Below are positions 1-11,983 of a stretch of DNA of 64,000 nucleotides, piece by piece; the first letter of the stretch is position 1, and each line of letters opens with the position of its first letter. Below the pieces are notes generated by a model. It did no database searches, was not told where the DNA came from, and saw nothing but the letters and a program-made list of their open reading frames with translations. The position numbers and the translations under genes are program-made. The stretch lies in contig OX597825.1 of assembly GCA_951406725.2 (NCBI GenBank), forward strand, positions 26,598,001 through 26,662,000, given 5' to 3'. This DNA comes from Octopus vulgaris. Taxonomy: Eukaryota.

Positions 1-49
1 TATGTACAAACATATATTGAGTTCATACAATATATGTATGTGTGTGTCT

Positions 50-265
50 ATGATTGTGTTTGTCCTACCCACATCGCATGACAACTGATGCTGGTGTGTT
101 TATGTGCCTGTAACTTGACGGTTCGGCAAAGAACACCCATAGAATAAGTACAAGACCTTCAAAGAATAAGTCCTGGAGTTGATTTGTTCGACTAAAGGCG
201 GTGCTCCAGCATGGCCGCAGGCAACCTACTGAAACAAGTAAAAGAATAAAAGAATAAAAGAATAC
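50..265 (+). mobile_element. SINE body/3' part (octopus-type tRNA-SINE family) with (AAAAGAAT)n tail
   Basis: Contains 'ggttcggcaaa...gatttgttcgactaaaggcggtgctccagcatggccgcag...actgaaacaagtaaaagaat' and a short tandem tail; a diverged copy lies at 5140-5330. Family name from memory. Confidence 0.7.
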
Positions 266-2180
266 CTTGATTATGTGGCCGGTGACTGACATATTTTACT
301 AAAATATAGCAGGTCAGTACATAAAAGAGATATGGTAACCAGTTCCACGAACAAGATTTCTGAGATACGAATAGCATATTAATCTCCGATGACTACAAAT
401 TGAATATGTCTCTAATTTAGTATATATATATATATATATGGCTAGTATTTCCTGCAGTTCAAGTTTCTATGAAGATATTCTAAAGCTGATATGTCAGGAA
501 GAATATATATATGAAAAAGTAGATTTTAGTTAGTAACTTTGTAAAAATAGCACGTGTAAATGTTATGACAAACACTATTTATAATTTAATTTATTTCTAT
601 AGCTAATGCGCAGGGTGGGAAGGATCAGGTGATCACATATGTATTGCACTACTTTGCGTTTGTTTCTGTTATGAGGTCAAATCAAGAAAATATCACCCCC
701 TGTCTTTAGTCACTTATGGGTACCTATAAAATGAAGCAGCAATCATCTGCTTCGGTCAATATCATGGAGTAACGTCCAACTCCGCTATTTGGGGATTTGT
801 GTCTGTGTCAGATCTACCTGTATATAATGAGGGAAACATATACAGATAGCATTATGCAAGCGCTTTTCCCTTATTTGTATACGTTTTCTGTCCATGAGAA
901 CAATAATACAAAATGTCACATGTAGAACTGTGTTTTCAGTTCTCTACAATATAACCTATGGTTTTATGGTTCACCTTCCGAGAAAGAGCTCTGTCTTCTG
1001 CAACAATAAACTGTCACTTCTGAGAAACGACGTTTCTGCAAATTTCCATATCATAAGCTTCCCTTTAAAACATTGCACTTATCTCATATGTTTAACGTAC
1101 CTTAAAATATGAATGTCGTAAGCTCCATTTACTTGTACACATGGAAAGTTATAATGCTACACAATTTTAGAGCAATGTAGTAAGGGACAGGGACGAATTT
1201 GGCGTAGTTGGATGAATGGAAGAATGTTGATGCTTAATATTTATTCCAAATATTAAGCTTGCAGAAAATTACTTAAAAAATACTTCTTGAATTTGAAATT
1301 AATTAGGTAAAATAATCTGTATTACAATTTGATGGATGGCATTCAAGTTTAAAATTCGATGTTTAAAGTTTAAGGAAATATTTTTCTGTAAATTTTTTCT
1401 TATATTTACATTCTTATACAGACTAAATAACTTGTCTTTACTAAAAAGAATATTTAATAAATATTTAATGAAATGTCAGCATCGTAATAGTCATTGTTAA
1501 ATGAATCAATTTCAGCTTCTTGCAAATTATGCTGTATTAGTAGAACACATCAATAAATTTAACACCAATTAATAGAAAGAAATAACGTGATTTGACTAAC
1601 AATACGTGTGAGGGCAAATAAAACAGAAATAATATTTAGTAATGAAAAAGCACTATGTAAAACATATATAAACTATATAGAAATATAATCCACGAAGATA
1701 GGCAACCATAATGTATTGGGAATAATTGTGAAATTTGTGTCCATTAAATATAGTTATAAACTTTTTGAACGATAGGAATATTTCAAAGATGTATCATTAT
1801 TCAGTGTCACTTTAATCAGAACTAATGAAGATTAAATCTCTGATTATCCTTTACAAAATGTTCCAGTAAAAATAAAAATAAACTATCAGAAAGAAAGAAA
1901 GTAGAAATAATTATAAAATTAGAATTGCGGAAAAACAATTTAATCAAATTAGATAATTAGAATATACATTAATGCTGGTATTTCATTTTCAGATATCACA
2001 TGAAATTATCACATGATATCACATGAAATTATTCAATATTACGCACGATGCTGCTTCTACAAACCACGTATTCAAGCTTGAATTTCATATACACAAAATA
2101 CAGACCAGACACAAACGCAAACAAACACCCACGTGTATGTATACGGATATATTATGTACACACACCCACGCACACACACG

Positions 2181-2440
2181 ATTACACACACTGGTTCGCT
2201 TTCCACTCATTTACTTCTTATTTTTATAAAGGAAACATTTTTTTTCTAGAATTTTCGTTCCGTCTTGCAACCTCTCCAATAGTCGTTGATTCTCTGAGAG
2301 TCGACGACTCCTGAGGAATTTACAAGAGGAAACAACAGTTTTAGTAAAAATAAATAATTAAGTGAGCGGAAATCGAACCGGTGTGTATGTTAAATGATAA
2401 GAAAGATATTAAAATAGAAAGGCTCACCCAGACACAATAA
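2181..2440. mobile_element. Diverged fold-back (palindromic) non-autonomous element, same family as 42493-42755
   Basis: 'acacacactggttcgctttccactca' is mirrored by 'tgagcggaaatcgaaccggtgtgtatgt'; centre 'agtcgttgattctctgagagtcgacgact'; shares 'cgtcttgcaa' and 'cccagacaca' with the 42.5 kb element. Confidence 0.65.
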
Positions 2441-2575
2441 TATTATATATATACTTGGATGCGTGGCGTTGGATCATATAATAATATAAATATATGCATA
2501 TAGACATACATATATGCATGTATATATGCATATATTCATATATTATTTATATTATTACTATTATTATAATTATAC

Positions 2576-2620
<45 letters not shown>

Positions 2621-3135
2621 TGAGAAAGTTGGTGTGTGAAAGCACGTGGTTGAATATATAGAGAGATAGATAAATATACTTGGATCTATGCAAATATCTA
2701 ACTGCGAGAAAATGTTCGTCACCACATTTGTTCACATGAGACCATTTCTTGCTTTGTTTACGCACAAAGTATAAATATGTGTCTGTGTTTGTGTGTGTGT
2801 ATGTGAGTATGATTGTGTGTGCGCCTTTATGTGTGTATTTTGATGAGAGTATGTTGAGTGTAAATATTAAATTTATGTTTATTACCGGATGAAATACAAT
2901 AATATTACATATTCATTTCTTATTGAATTAGATGCCGTACACCTAAGAATGTCAGCATAAAAATTGTTATACAAATGTCCACCCACACGTATATACGAGT
3001 GCACGCGCAAAAACCCATACGTGCAAATACACACACGATCTACCTCAAAATATGTCAGATGTTCTCGTGATTTGATGAGCCTGGTGTGCATTTGAACAGT
3101 TGTCAGAAGATATAGCACCGACCGAGTATATATAT

Positions 3136-3675
3136 GGTGGCTGCCCCCTTGTTATTGAGTATGTCCATTGCGCAAAGCTTGATCAATGTTGTTATCGTGC
3201 AATGCCTGTGCAAGAAGATTTTTTGTAAAGTGAGGAAAGGCTGTGCACAGAGTCAATCCCACTTACTAAGCAACAGCAGCCATAATCTGAAAAGAAGAAC
3301 ACGTCAACATCATCGGCAACCACTGAGCCGCAGTTTTTATGTTGGAGTTATCCCAGTTACCTGAGTTACCTTCTACTAGAAGGATGCCCTAACAAAGGCT
3401 AGGAGTCCTTCACTCCCAATGGTTTATACGCGCGATCGGGTATTCAGTTCGATTATTTCTATGTCCCTGAGCATGATACAGCCTTAAGACATTTATTGGA
3501 TGGCCATTGACGCTCAATAGTTCCTCTGCCTTTTGATAGGTTTTGTTTTTCATCCCGCAGGGTGTCCAATAAACACCCTCCTCACCAAGCAAGCTTGGCG
3601 GGGTTGCCGGTTTAGTCTCCCGCTAGGTTGTACTGGGTTACATGTTACCAGTAGCACTCGAAAGTGACCTGACAT
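3136..3675 (-). mobile_element. Non-autonomous RTE-related retroelement, copy 1
   Basis: Co-linear with 10678-11191. Minus strand has an RTE-5'UTR-like block 'ggactcctagcctttgttagggcatccttctagtagaaggtaactc'; the 3' end runs into (TA)n. Confidence 0.7.
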
Positions 3676-4449
3676 AGAGCATATATATACACATATACAT
3701 TCACACAGACATAGTACATGCATTTGGGTGCACATATAATTTTTGCTGATATTTTATGGGAATGAAATTAATCCCCTGCCAACGTTAATTCCAAATGAAG
3801 ACGCAATGCAAAGTAATAAACTGCAACATTCTCGATATTGTTGCTTGATATCGGAGCCTGAAAACATGGTAAAATCGTTAACCATGCAGCTGTCCTCAAA
3901 CTCACTTTATTATGGTAATTTTGCAACAGCCAATAAGCAATCAAAAATAAAATGTTATTTGTACGTCATATTTATTTAACCTCACGATTGCTTATGTCGG
4001 ATATTTTATTTCAAGAATTCTGGGTTAATCTCGCTTTGGGTTTATACCATATATATTTCTCACTGAATTAGAAGCTACATACATTTGACGCATAGCGTGC
4101 CAAAATGAGCTTTACTCGACTCCTTCACCAAAAATTAAAAATGCAAATGCACACACACAAACACACACGAATGCATGAACAAGCCATAAGCCCCACACAC
4201 CAACACCCAACACACACACGTTGAATATGTATATACATATATTAGCATTCACAGATGTACAGTGTCAAGTATATATGCAAACATCGAGTTGTTTCATGAT
4301 CTGTATAGAACGTTGGAAGAAGTTTAATGTTTAAATTTTTGAGTTTATTTCATGTCATTTGAAAATGTGAATTGAGCCTACTACGCTTACTCTCTCACCC
4401 ACTCTCTCTCACGCACGAACGCATAAACATACACACATATATATATGAA

Positions 4450-4640
4450 GTCACATAGCTCTGTGGTTAGAGCATCTTGATCACAATCATGAGGTAGTAA
4501 GTTCGATTCCTAGACCGCGTTTTGTTGTGTTCTTGAGAAAGAGACTTTACTTCATGTAACTCCAGTTCGCTCATCTGTACAAATGAGTTGCGACGTCAAT
4601 GGTGTCAATCTGTATCAGTATTTGCCTTTCTAGGTGCAAT
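4450..4640 (+). mobile_element. tRNA-derived SINE (CORE-like)
   Basis: A-box-like 'tagctctgtggttagagc', B-box 'gttcgattcc', then CORE-like 'tgtgttcttgagaaagagactttacttc...catctgtacaaatgag'. Confidence 0.75.
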
Positions 4641-4835
4641 ATTATGACCATTCGTGACCAAAGGGATTTTTATCCTATTACCATTTACACATACGCACAC
4701 ACACATACACACACATACACACATATACTGCAGAGTATATGACGCTTTAGCGTCATATAATGATGTAATGTAATCAAAGACTTTATGTATAAAATATCTA
4801 TCATTTGAAAAACTTCCACAATTTAATATAAATAC

Positions 4836-4836
4836 C

Positions 4837-4867
<31 letters not shown>

Positions 4868-4945
4868 ATTTATATTAAATTGCGGAAGATTTTATATGTA
4901 AATGATAGATATTTTATACATTAAGTTTTTGTATCACATTTTATC

Positions 4946-5035
<90 letters not shown>

Positions 5036-5079
5036 CATGTATGTATATACATATATACATATATATATATGTATGTATG

Positions 5080-5127
<48 letters not shown>
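4836..5127. repeat. (TA)n and (TATG)n microsatellite cluster
   Basis: Direct reading; explains the YIYI ORFs. Confidence 0.95.
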
Positions 5128-5129
<2 letters not shown>

Positions 5130-5139
5130 TAAATCAAAA

Positions 5140-5330
5140 GTGATTGTGTCTGAGTGTAAGTCAAGAGAGTGGTGTGTTTAGGTACCCATAACATCAGCAG
5201 TTTGGCAAAAGACACTGAGACAGTAAGTACCAAGCTACCAAATATCCGATATCGATTGATTCGACTAAATATTCTTCAAGCCTCTGCTCCACCACGACCC
5301 ACAGCCAAATGATTGAGACACGTATAAAAC
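5140..5330 (+). mobile_element. Diverged SINE 3' part, same family as 50-265
   Basis: 'ggtgtgttta...gcagtttggcaaaagacac...taagtacc...gattcgactaaa...gctccacca...aaatgattgagacac' parallels 50-265. Confidence 0.6.
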
Positions 5331-6451
5331 ACATGCAGTAATTTGTATTTTGCATGTAAACTAAGCTGATTGAGAAAATAAATTGCACACTTTTGAATGT
5401 AAGGCCATAATTTTATGTTTCATTCTATATATTTCACATCATCTATCAGTACTTCAATATTCATTCCTCTATTCTCTAGATATTTTCAATTAAAATTTAT
5501 TTAATATGCGTGTTAAACATTTTTGCTGTATTGTTTGTTAAACATTCTTACTGCTTCGTGACGAATGAATAATTGTTGTGAAATAAAACAAAAAGAAACA
5601 AGTCGAAATGTCACACATTTAATACATTGATATCTATAAACTGAAATCTTTGTATAAAACAATACAAAAACGATAGTTATTCTAAGCATATTTATTCGAA
5701 AATAAAGTACAAATTAAGAAAACCTCGGTAAGATTAACATGATTTCAATATGAAAATAGAAAACTGAAGAAAAGTATCAAGAATAGAAAATGGAAAATGG
5801 AAAGTAAAATTATTATATAGCAAGAAGATAATGACGAAAGGAATTTTGATGACAATATAATGCTACAACAAAAGAACCTATTGATGCTGCTGTATTATTG
5901 CGACGAATTCATCAGCTAATCGCCACAGGCAGAACAATTTGCCGATGAAGCCATTCGTGTGTAATTCTATAATGTACAAACCAACAGTTTTATCTACCTA
6001 TTAATTTCTTTACTCTAAACTATTTATGTATATCTAACGCATTAATGTCTTTACCTTCGCACTTATATATTTATATATATATCTCACTTCTGTGCGGGTA
6101 ATTATCATTACTGGTGTAATGATCCTCCCATGATATATATATATGTATATGTATATATAAATATATATATATTATTAAGATTTTATATATCTCATAAAGG
6201 GATGGTAACATTTACGTTCTTCAGCTTAATCCAGTATATCGGTGAAACACTAAAAACATGTTAGATTCTCATCGATACGAATGGGTATATTATCCTTTAT
6301 TTATAAGTAAACAAAAGAAAATGGAGAAAGCGACAAATATACAACATCTTATTAGCATAACTCAAAGTTTGAACAGTATCGATGTTATTCGAAATTGGAA
6401 TTATGTTAATAAATTCATGTTTATCTGTTGATTTCTCGAAAACTTTTCTTA

Positions 6452-6484
<33 letters not shown>

Positions 6485-6765
6485 GATAACACCCCCCCCC
6501 AAAAAAAAGAAAGAACAAACAGAAAAAATACAACAACGTGAGGACAAGGCACATGTTAAGTATTAGCAGACGGTCAGGGAAGGAAACTTTGATGGTCTAA
6601 CGTTCAAAAACAGAAGTAAGCCCAATATAAAGGAATACGTATTGTATATGTATATATATATATATATATTAGAAAAATTGAGGTAATCAGATCAGATGGT
6701 TCATATTTGTAGATATTTATTTATATATTACATTTTTTACATATATATCATATCATATCATTCGG

Positions 6766-6815
6766 ATTTTGGATTAGCGCTTGCTCCCATTCTAGTGGGC
6801 TTTTCAAATCAAATC
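6766..6815 (-). ncRNA. Variant minimal type-I hammerhead ribozyme motif (U3:A8 core, GCAA in place of GAAA)
   Basis: Minus strand: gat-TTGAAAA-g-ccca-ctagaa-tggg-a-GCAA-gcgc-TA-atc. Stem I gat/atc (extends with bulges), stem II ccca/tggg, palindromic stem III agcgct. Confidence 0.55.
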
Positions 6816-6887
6816 AGTTGTGGGTAGTTTGAACCTTTTTATAGTTTCGTAGTAGTGGGTGAGGAGGAAGTGAGACAGAGAGAAAAT

Positions 6888-6930
6888 ATGTGTGTATGTG
6901 TATGTGTGTGTGTGTGTGTGTATATATGTG

Positions 6931-6968
<38 letters not shown>

Positions 6969-7188
6969 TTTATATCTGAGAGTGAAGAAGTGTTATTTCC
7001 GTTGGTCTGCTGGACCGCCTGTGGTTTTATAATAACTTTGGCCGTCCATTTCGATGTCACTGAGTGTGTGTTGTGCGTAGGTTGGCCTGGCAAATGTAAT
7101 TTGGGGTCACACTTTCTATGATCATTCTGTGGAGGTGTGTGTGTGTGTGTGTGTGTGTGTCTGTGTGTCCGTATGTGTTTTTGTGTGC

Positions 7189-7227
<39 letters not shown>

Positions 7228-7420
7228 TGTGTGTTTGGAGAAGGGGAGAGAGACAAAAAGAGAAAAGGGAAAATAAAAATAATAATAATAAAAATAAAAA
7301 AATAAAAAAATATAGAAATATAAAAATAAAAAATAAAAAAATAAAATAAAAAATAAAAAAATATAAAGAATAAATAAAAATATAAAAAATAAAAAATAAA
7401 AAAATAAAAATAAAAATAAG
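6888..7420. repeat. (GT)n tracts and A-rich (AAAAAT)n low-complexity tract
   Basis: Direct reading. Confidence 0.9.
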
Positions 7421-7598
7421 GGAGGAAGTGGTGAAGAAAAAATATTTTTGTGTGTTGATATTTATACCAACACATATATATACACACACACAGACTTATA
7501 CATAAAATATTTGAAAAAACCTATTTATTGGTTCAAAATGAACAACCAAATTATGCCATCTTGAAAGTTGTATATCATAGGAAAGTTAAAATTAAAGT

Positions 7599-7601
<3 letters not shown>

Positions 7602-7656
<55 letters not shown>

Positions 7657-7708
7657 TATATGTATATATAAATATGCTTATATTTATATCTGTGTATGTA
7701 TCTATGTA

Positions 7709-7771
<63 letters not shown>

Positions 7772-7796
7772 ATATATGCATATATACATATATACA
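7602..7796. repeat. (TA)n-rich microsatellite
   Basis: Direct reading. Confidence 0.95.
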
Positions 7797-7829
7797 TTTC
7801 TATCAAAATAAGCAACAATGATACCCAGC

Positions 7830-8170
7830 GGTAATGCAGTACGATCGTTTCATGCAACTCCATTTAATTGAGCAATGCAAACATTACATCAATTTGAAAG
7901 GTAGACCAATTTTGAGCTGCACAAAGACATACAATTTAATTAGATTAGAAGACATGGACACAATAATATAGGGTGAGACAACATGTACTTTGTCTATCTC
8001 CTTAACCTCTTAGAGATTTTAGGTATAATCATAGAAATGTGTCCAACTGTTCTAATTTAATTAAATTATATATCTTTGTGCAGCTGAAGATTGCTCTGCA
8101 TATTAAATTGATGTAAGGATTTCATTGTTCAATTAAATCGATTTGCATGAAACGATCGTACTGCATTACC
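7830..8170. mobile_element. Inverted duplication of a PLE-type terminal repeat (arms about 7830-7962 and 8036-8170) between (TA)n tracts
   Basis: 'ggtaatgcagtacgatcgtttcatgcaa' is mirrored by 'ttgcatgaaacgatcgtactgcattacc'; similarity continues about 130 bp with substitutions. Confidence 0.8.
8079..8165 (+). ncRNA. Type-I hammerhead ribozyme with long stem II insertion
   Basis: tgcag-CTGAAGA-(t tgc...gca t, 58 nt)-GAAA-cgatcg-TA-ctgca. 5-bp stem I, palindromic stem III acgatcgt, GTA cleavage triplet. Confidence 0.75.
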
Positions 8171-8274
8171 TCTAGATATATTTGTTGTTTATTTTGATTT
8201 TAATCACCTTACTTTGAAATTGTATATATATATATTTGTATATATGTATGTATATGTATACAGACATATACATG

Positions 8275-8308
<34 letters not shown>

Positions 8309-8559
8309 TATGTACATGGGTATATATGTATACATACAAAATATGTGTGTGTGCCCATGTGTATGTGTATATGCATGTGCTTGTGTCTATATGTATCCAA
8401 ATAAGTGTGTGTGTATAAATATTAAACATAATAAAGAAATAATCCTATTTAAATACAGATATGTAAGGTGAGGTCAGTGAATAACAGAAAATATATTATA
8501 TTAATTGTATAGGTTCTTCAATGATTTTACTAGATTTCGGGTTAAACTCCTCTCCTTGA

Positions 8560-9600
8560 TAAAGAATCTGAAAATTTCGTTGAAGAAATATTATTATCAG
8601 CAAGACACCATATACTGTTGTGAAGCATTGCACCGACAGATTACTCTCTTTATATCATAGTTCTGCTGCTTTTATAGTTATCATATATTGTATGACCAGG
8701 AATAATTATTATGGTGAATCTTAAGCAGCATTAGTAGTCATTCTGGTAAGAAGCATTGCTGTGGGTGTACCAACAATATTGGTACATGTCACTGTAAAAT
8801 ATCTGAACTTTAAAGTAAGCTAGTTAGTGGTTTGTCGTGAATATTCTACGGTAGATAGTGACAAGTCGCCCTAATTTGTGGAAGAATATTGGCTGCGCAT
8901 TCTCAAACTTAATATGCACCGTTTTCTCATATCTTTCAGTCCTTTCTTCTTAATGTTTTCATTAAGTTTTTTAGTGACTAAAAGTGCTTGCCGATGTACA
9001 TGCATAACAACCGTCCCAAAATCAATGTAAATGACTTCTGAGTCATCCTACATACAGTCTTGAGTGTTAACTAAGACGATTGCTGTTTCTTGACCTACTT
9101 AAGTCATGATGAAAAGATGTGACAGTTTTCCATGAACTGAGCCGCTCTTTCTGCTTCATAAAGATACATCATGTTTTTTTCCTCCTGTTACAATAACAGA
9201 GAAAGTAAAAGTGTTTTCATTTCCTTCATACTATTCAAGAATATCAGAACTTGCCAGACTTCTATCAGTTTCTTTCGAAATTGAGTATCATTCGTCGATG
9301 TACTCCCTTTCTCACATATTTCCAATACCCAACTTCTGATTCGCATTGTGAGCAGAGGAAACTTGTACAAGTACGTCTGCGATTAAGACGCGTGCGAATC
9401 AAATTGCGGTTGAGAATTCATGTCAGTGGATGCAGATCTTAGTACCCCAAGGTGTGTATTGATTTATTTGGAGCTTTCTACACTAACATTCTTCCATCTT
9501 CTGTGTACGTCTTGTTCACACTGATGTCATCAGCGCAAACAATTTTTAGGCTTTTCTAAATGTTTTGCAACTTGCATATCTTGTATGTAAAAATTTCAAT
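8560..9600 (-). mobile_element. Highly degenerate CR1/L2-like LINE reverse transcriptase fragment
   Basis: Minus-strand translation near 9045-8920 reads DSEVIYIDFGTVVMHVHRQALLVTKKL, resembling the DVIYLDFxKAFDxVxHxxLLxKL motif. Neighbouring motifs are only weakly recognisable. Confidence 0.45.
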
Positions 9601-9792
9601 GAGAGCAAGTTGCGTTTACATACAGCGAGGAACGTGAAAAAGAATAGGGCTGGAGGTAGTTTCACTCTATCAGCACGTGTAATTTTAATATTCTCTCAGT
9701 TTAAAATCTTATCTCCACTCTAGCATCAGCTTCGTTACATTCCGCATATATGTGGTACATTTACCTCTTTCTAATAGTTAAGTGTTATTTAC
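9601..9792. repeat. Diverged ~200-bp direct repeat, copy 1 (copy 2 at 11408-11620)
   Basis: Shared blocks 'cgaggaac', 'aaaaagaatag', 'tttcactctatcagca', 'gcatcagcttcg', 'acattccg', 'tacctctttc'. Confidence 0.8.
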
Positions 9793-10677
9793 TTAAAAAC
9801 ATTGATACCTTATTAATAAATCATTTCCAGTATTATCAGAAAGCGAACATATTAAATGAATAGAGGTTATCAGTAATAAGGGCACCGACGAATGTTGATG
9901 AAGGTCAATCTTCAAAAACTCCATCAAATCTGCACACGGGAGAAGCGGCGATCACCTGCTCTTTCAGTCTATATGAATGTTACCTGCTTTTTACTAAACA
10001 TGATTAATCAAGAATAAAATACTGCAAATCGATCTCTGACTATCAGCGTTTAATTTGGTAATTTACTAGCTTGAATCTCCAGTTCACACACTAAATATAC
10101 CACTCGGTCATCTCCATAACTGCCTGCCTGTCTGCATGTCTGTTTGTTTGTATGTCTGTCAGCTTGTATGTCTCTCTGTCTCTCTGCTTCTCCATCTCCC
10201 ACTCTCTTTCCTTCTCCCCCTCCATCTCTCTCTCTCTTTATCCACCTCCCCTCTCTCTCCCACTCTCCTGGCTTCACACCATATTTTCACACTTGTTTGT
10301 TTTATCAGAGTAAATTATCTAGAAATGTTAATTACGCAACACTGCAGATCTGTTATTAGCTACATAAATTGAACTATGCCCTACACCCACTAACTAATCA
10401 AATATAAATTAGCACCTACATCAGATACAAAATATATCATTCTCATGATTTTAACATTACACTATTTCTCTGTTTCAAAACTGTGATTGACATCTTCAAT
10501 GATCACGTAACAAATGCCATACAATTAAGCAGTTTTCTTCCATTGAGAAGTTTCTTGTTTCAGTTCATTAATACATCATACAAATGTGTCTAACTACATA
10601 AGATACTCTTTGCTTCACATAAAACTAGAATCACATACTAGAATAATAAAACTAGAATCACAAGTGCTATGTTTATA

Positions 10678-11191
10678 TAGTGGCTGCCCCCTCGTTATCG
10701 AGTATGGCCATTGCACGAAACTTAATGTTGTTATCTTGCAATGCCTGTGCAAGAAGTGAGGAAAGGCTAAGCAACAGCATCCATAATCCGAAAAGAAGAA
10801 CAAGTCAACATCATCAGTAACCACTGGGTCGCAGGTTTTATGTCGGAGTTATCCCAGTTACCTGAGTTAACTTCTCCTAGAAGGATGCCCCTACAAAGGC
10901 TAGGAGTCCTTCACTTCCAATGGTTTAACTGAGCGATCGGATATTCAGTCCGGGTATTTCTATGTCCCCGTGCATGAAACAGCCTTAAGACATTTATTGG
11001 ATGGCCGTTGACTTTCAAGAATTCCTCCGCCCTTTGAATGGTTTCGCTTTTCATCCCGCAGAGTGTCCAATAAAATCCCTCTTCACCAAGCAAGCTCGGC
11101 GGGCTTGCCGGTTTAGTCGCCGACGACCCGACCATGCAACAGGTTGTACTGGGTTACATGTAACCAGTAGCTCTTGAAAGTGACCTGACAT
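10678..11191 (-). mobile_element. Non-autonomous RTE-related retroelement, copy 2
   Basis: Co-linear with 3136-3675 with reciprocal small indels and matching ends ('gtggctgccccct' ... 'aaagtgacctgacata'). Confidence 0.7.
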
Positions 11192-11407
11192 AATGTATGT
11201 ATATATACATACATAGATACATATGTAGAATAAACAGGTAAGATCCTGAGTTGCACTCTATCGGAAAAAAATGTGCTCAAGGAATTTACCGTGAAGTATG
11301 TGCGCTGAGGAAAAGTCGCTATGCGTTGAAATCAGGAGAGCTGATATGGACATAATGATGGAAATGAACTCTCGACTAGCTACATGCCAATCTCTAAAGT
11401 CTACATG

Positions 11408-11620
11408 GGAGCCCGTTGCATTTACATGCAGCTTATTATTTACTTGCAACGAGGAACTGGAAAAAGAATAGCGTTGGAGGTACTTTCACTCTATCAGCAT
11501 GTGCAGTTTTAATATTCTTTGACTTTAAAATGTTATGACCATTCTGGCATCAGCTTCGGTACATTCCGTGTATATGTACTGCATCTACCTCTTTCGGATA
11601 GTTATTAAGTGTTATATACA
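11408..11620. repeat. Diverged ~200-bp direct repeat, copy 2
   Basis: Homologous to 9601-9792; bracketed by 'actagctacatgcca..ctaaagtc' at about 11375 and 11632. Confidence 0.75.
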
Positions 11621-11869
11621 TTGAACACTCAACTAGCTACATGCCATCCTAAAGTCGAAGGTCGGTCTTACGGTAATGTTTCTGTGCATCCACCAGGGGC
11701 TGCATATTCTATTTGTTCACATTTAATTATTACGTATATCTGACTCCCCAGAAACAGCTGAAACTCTATGCCATTTCCGTTTAGTTTACTGTTCTCTTGT
11801 GTCAAATATTCAGATTTATAAACGAGTGATTAATTTCTGAATGTTTTCAGTGTTTGTTCCACCCTACTT

Positions 11870-11881
11870 ACACACACACAT

Positions 11882-11917
<36 letters not shown>

Positions 11918-11924
11918 ACACACA

Positions 11925-11982
<58 letters not shown>
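11870..11982. repeat. (CA)n microsatellite
   Basis: Direct reading. Confidence 0.95.

Positions 11983-11983
<1 letters not shown>

Noticed and set aside
8930-9020. HRQAL motif suggesting a hAT transposase
   Set aside because: The preceding VIYIDF context fits a CR1-type RT motif better, and no hAT termini were found.
11470-11560. Minus-strand CTGATAG-agt-GAAA hammerhead-like string
   Set aside because: The core is not YUGANRA and there is no stem II or closing stem I.
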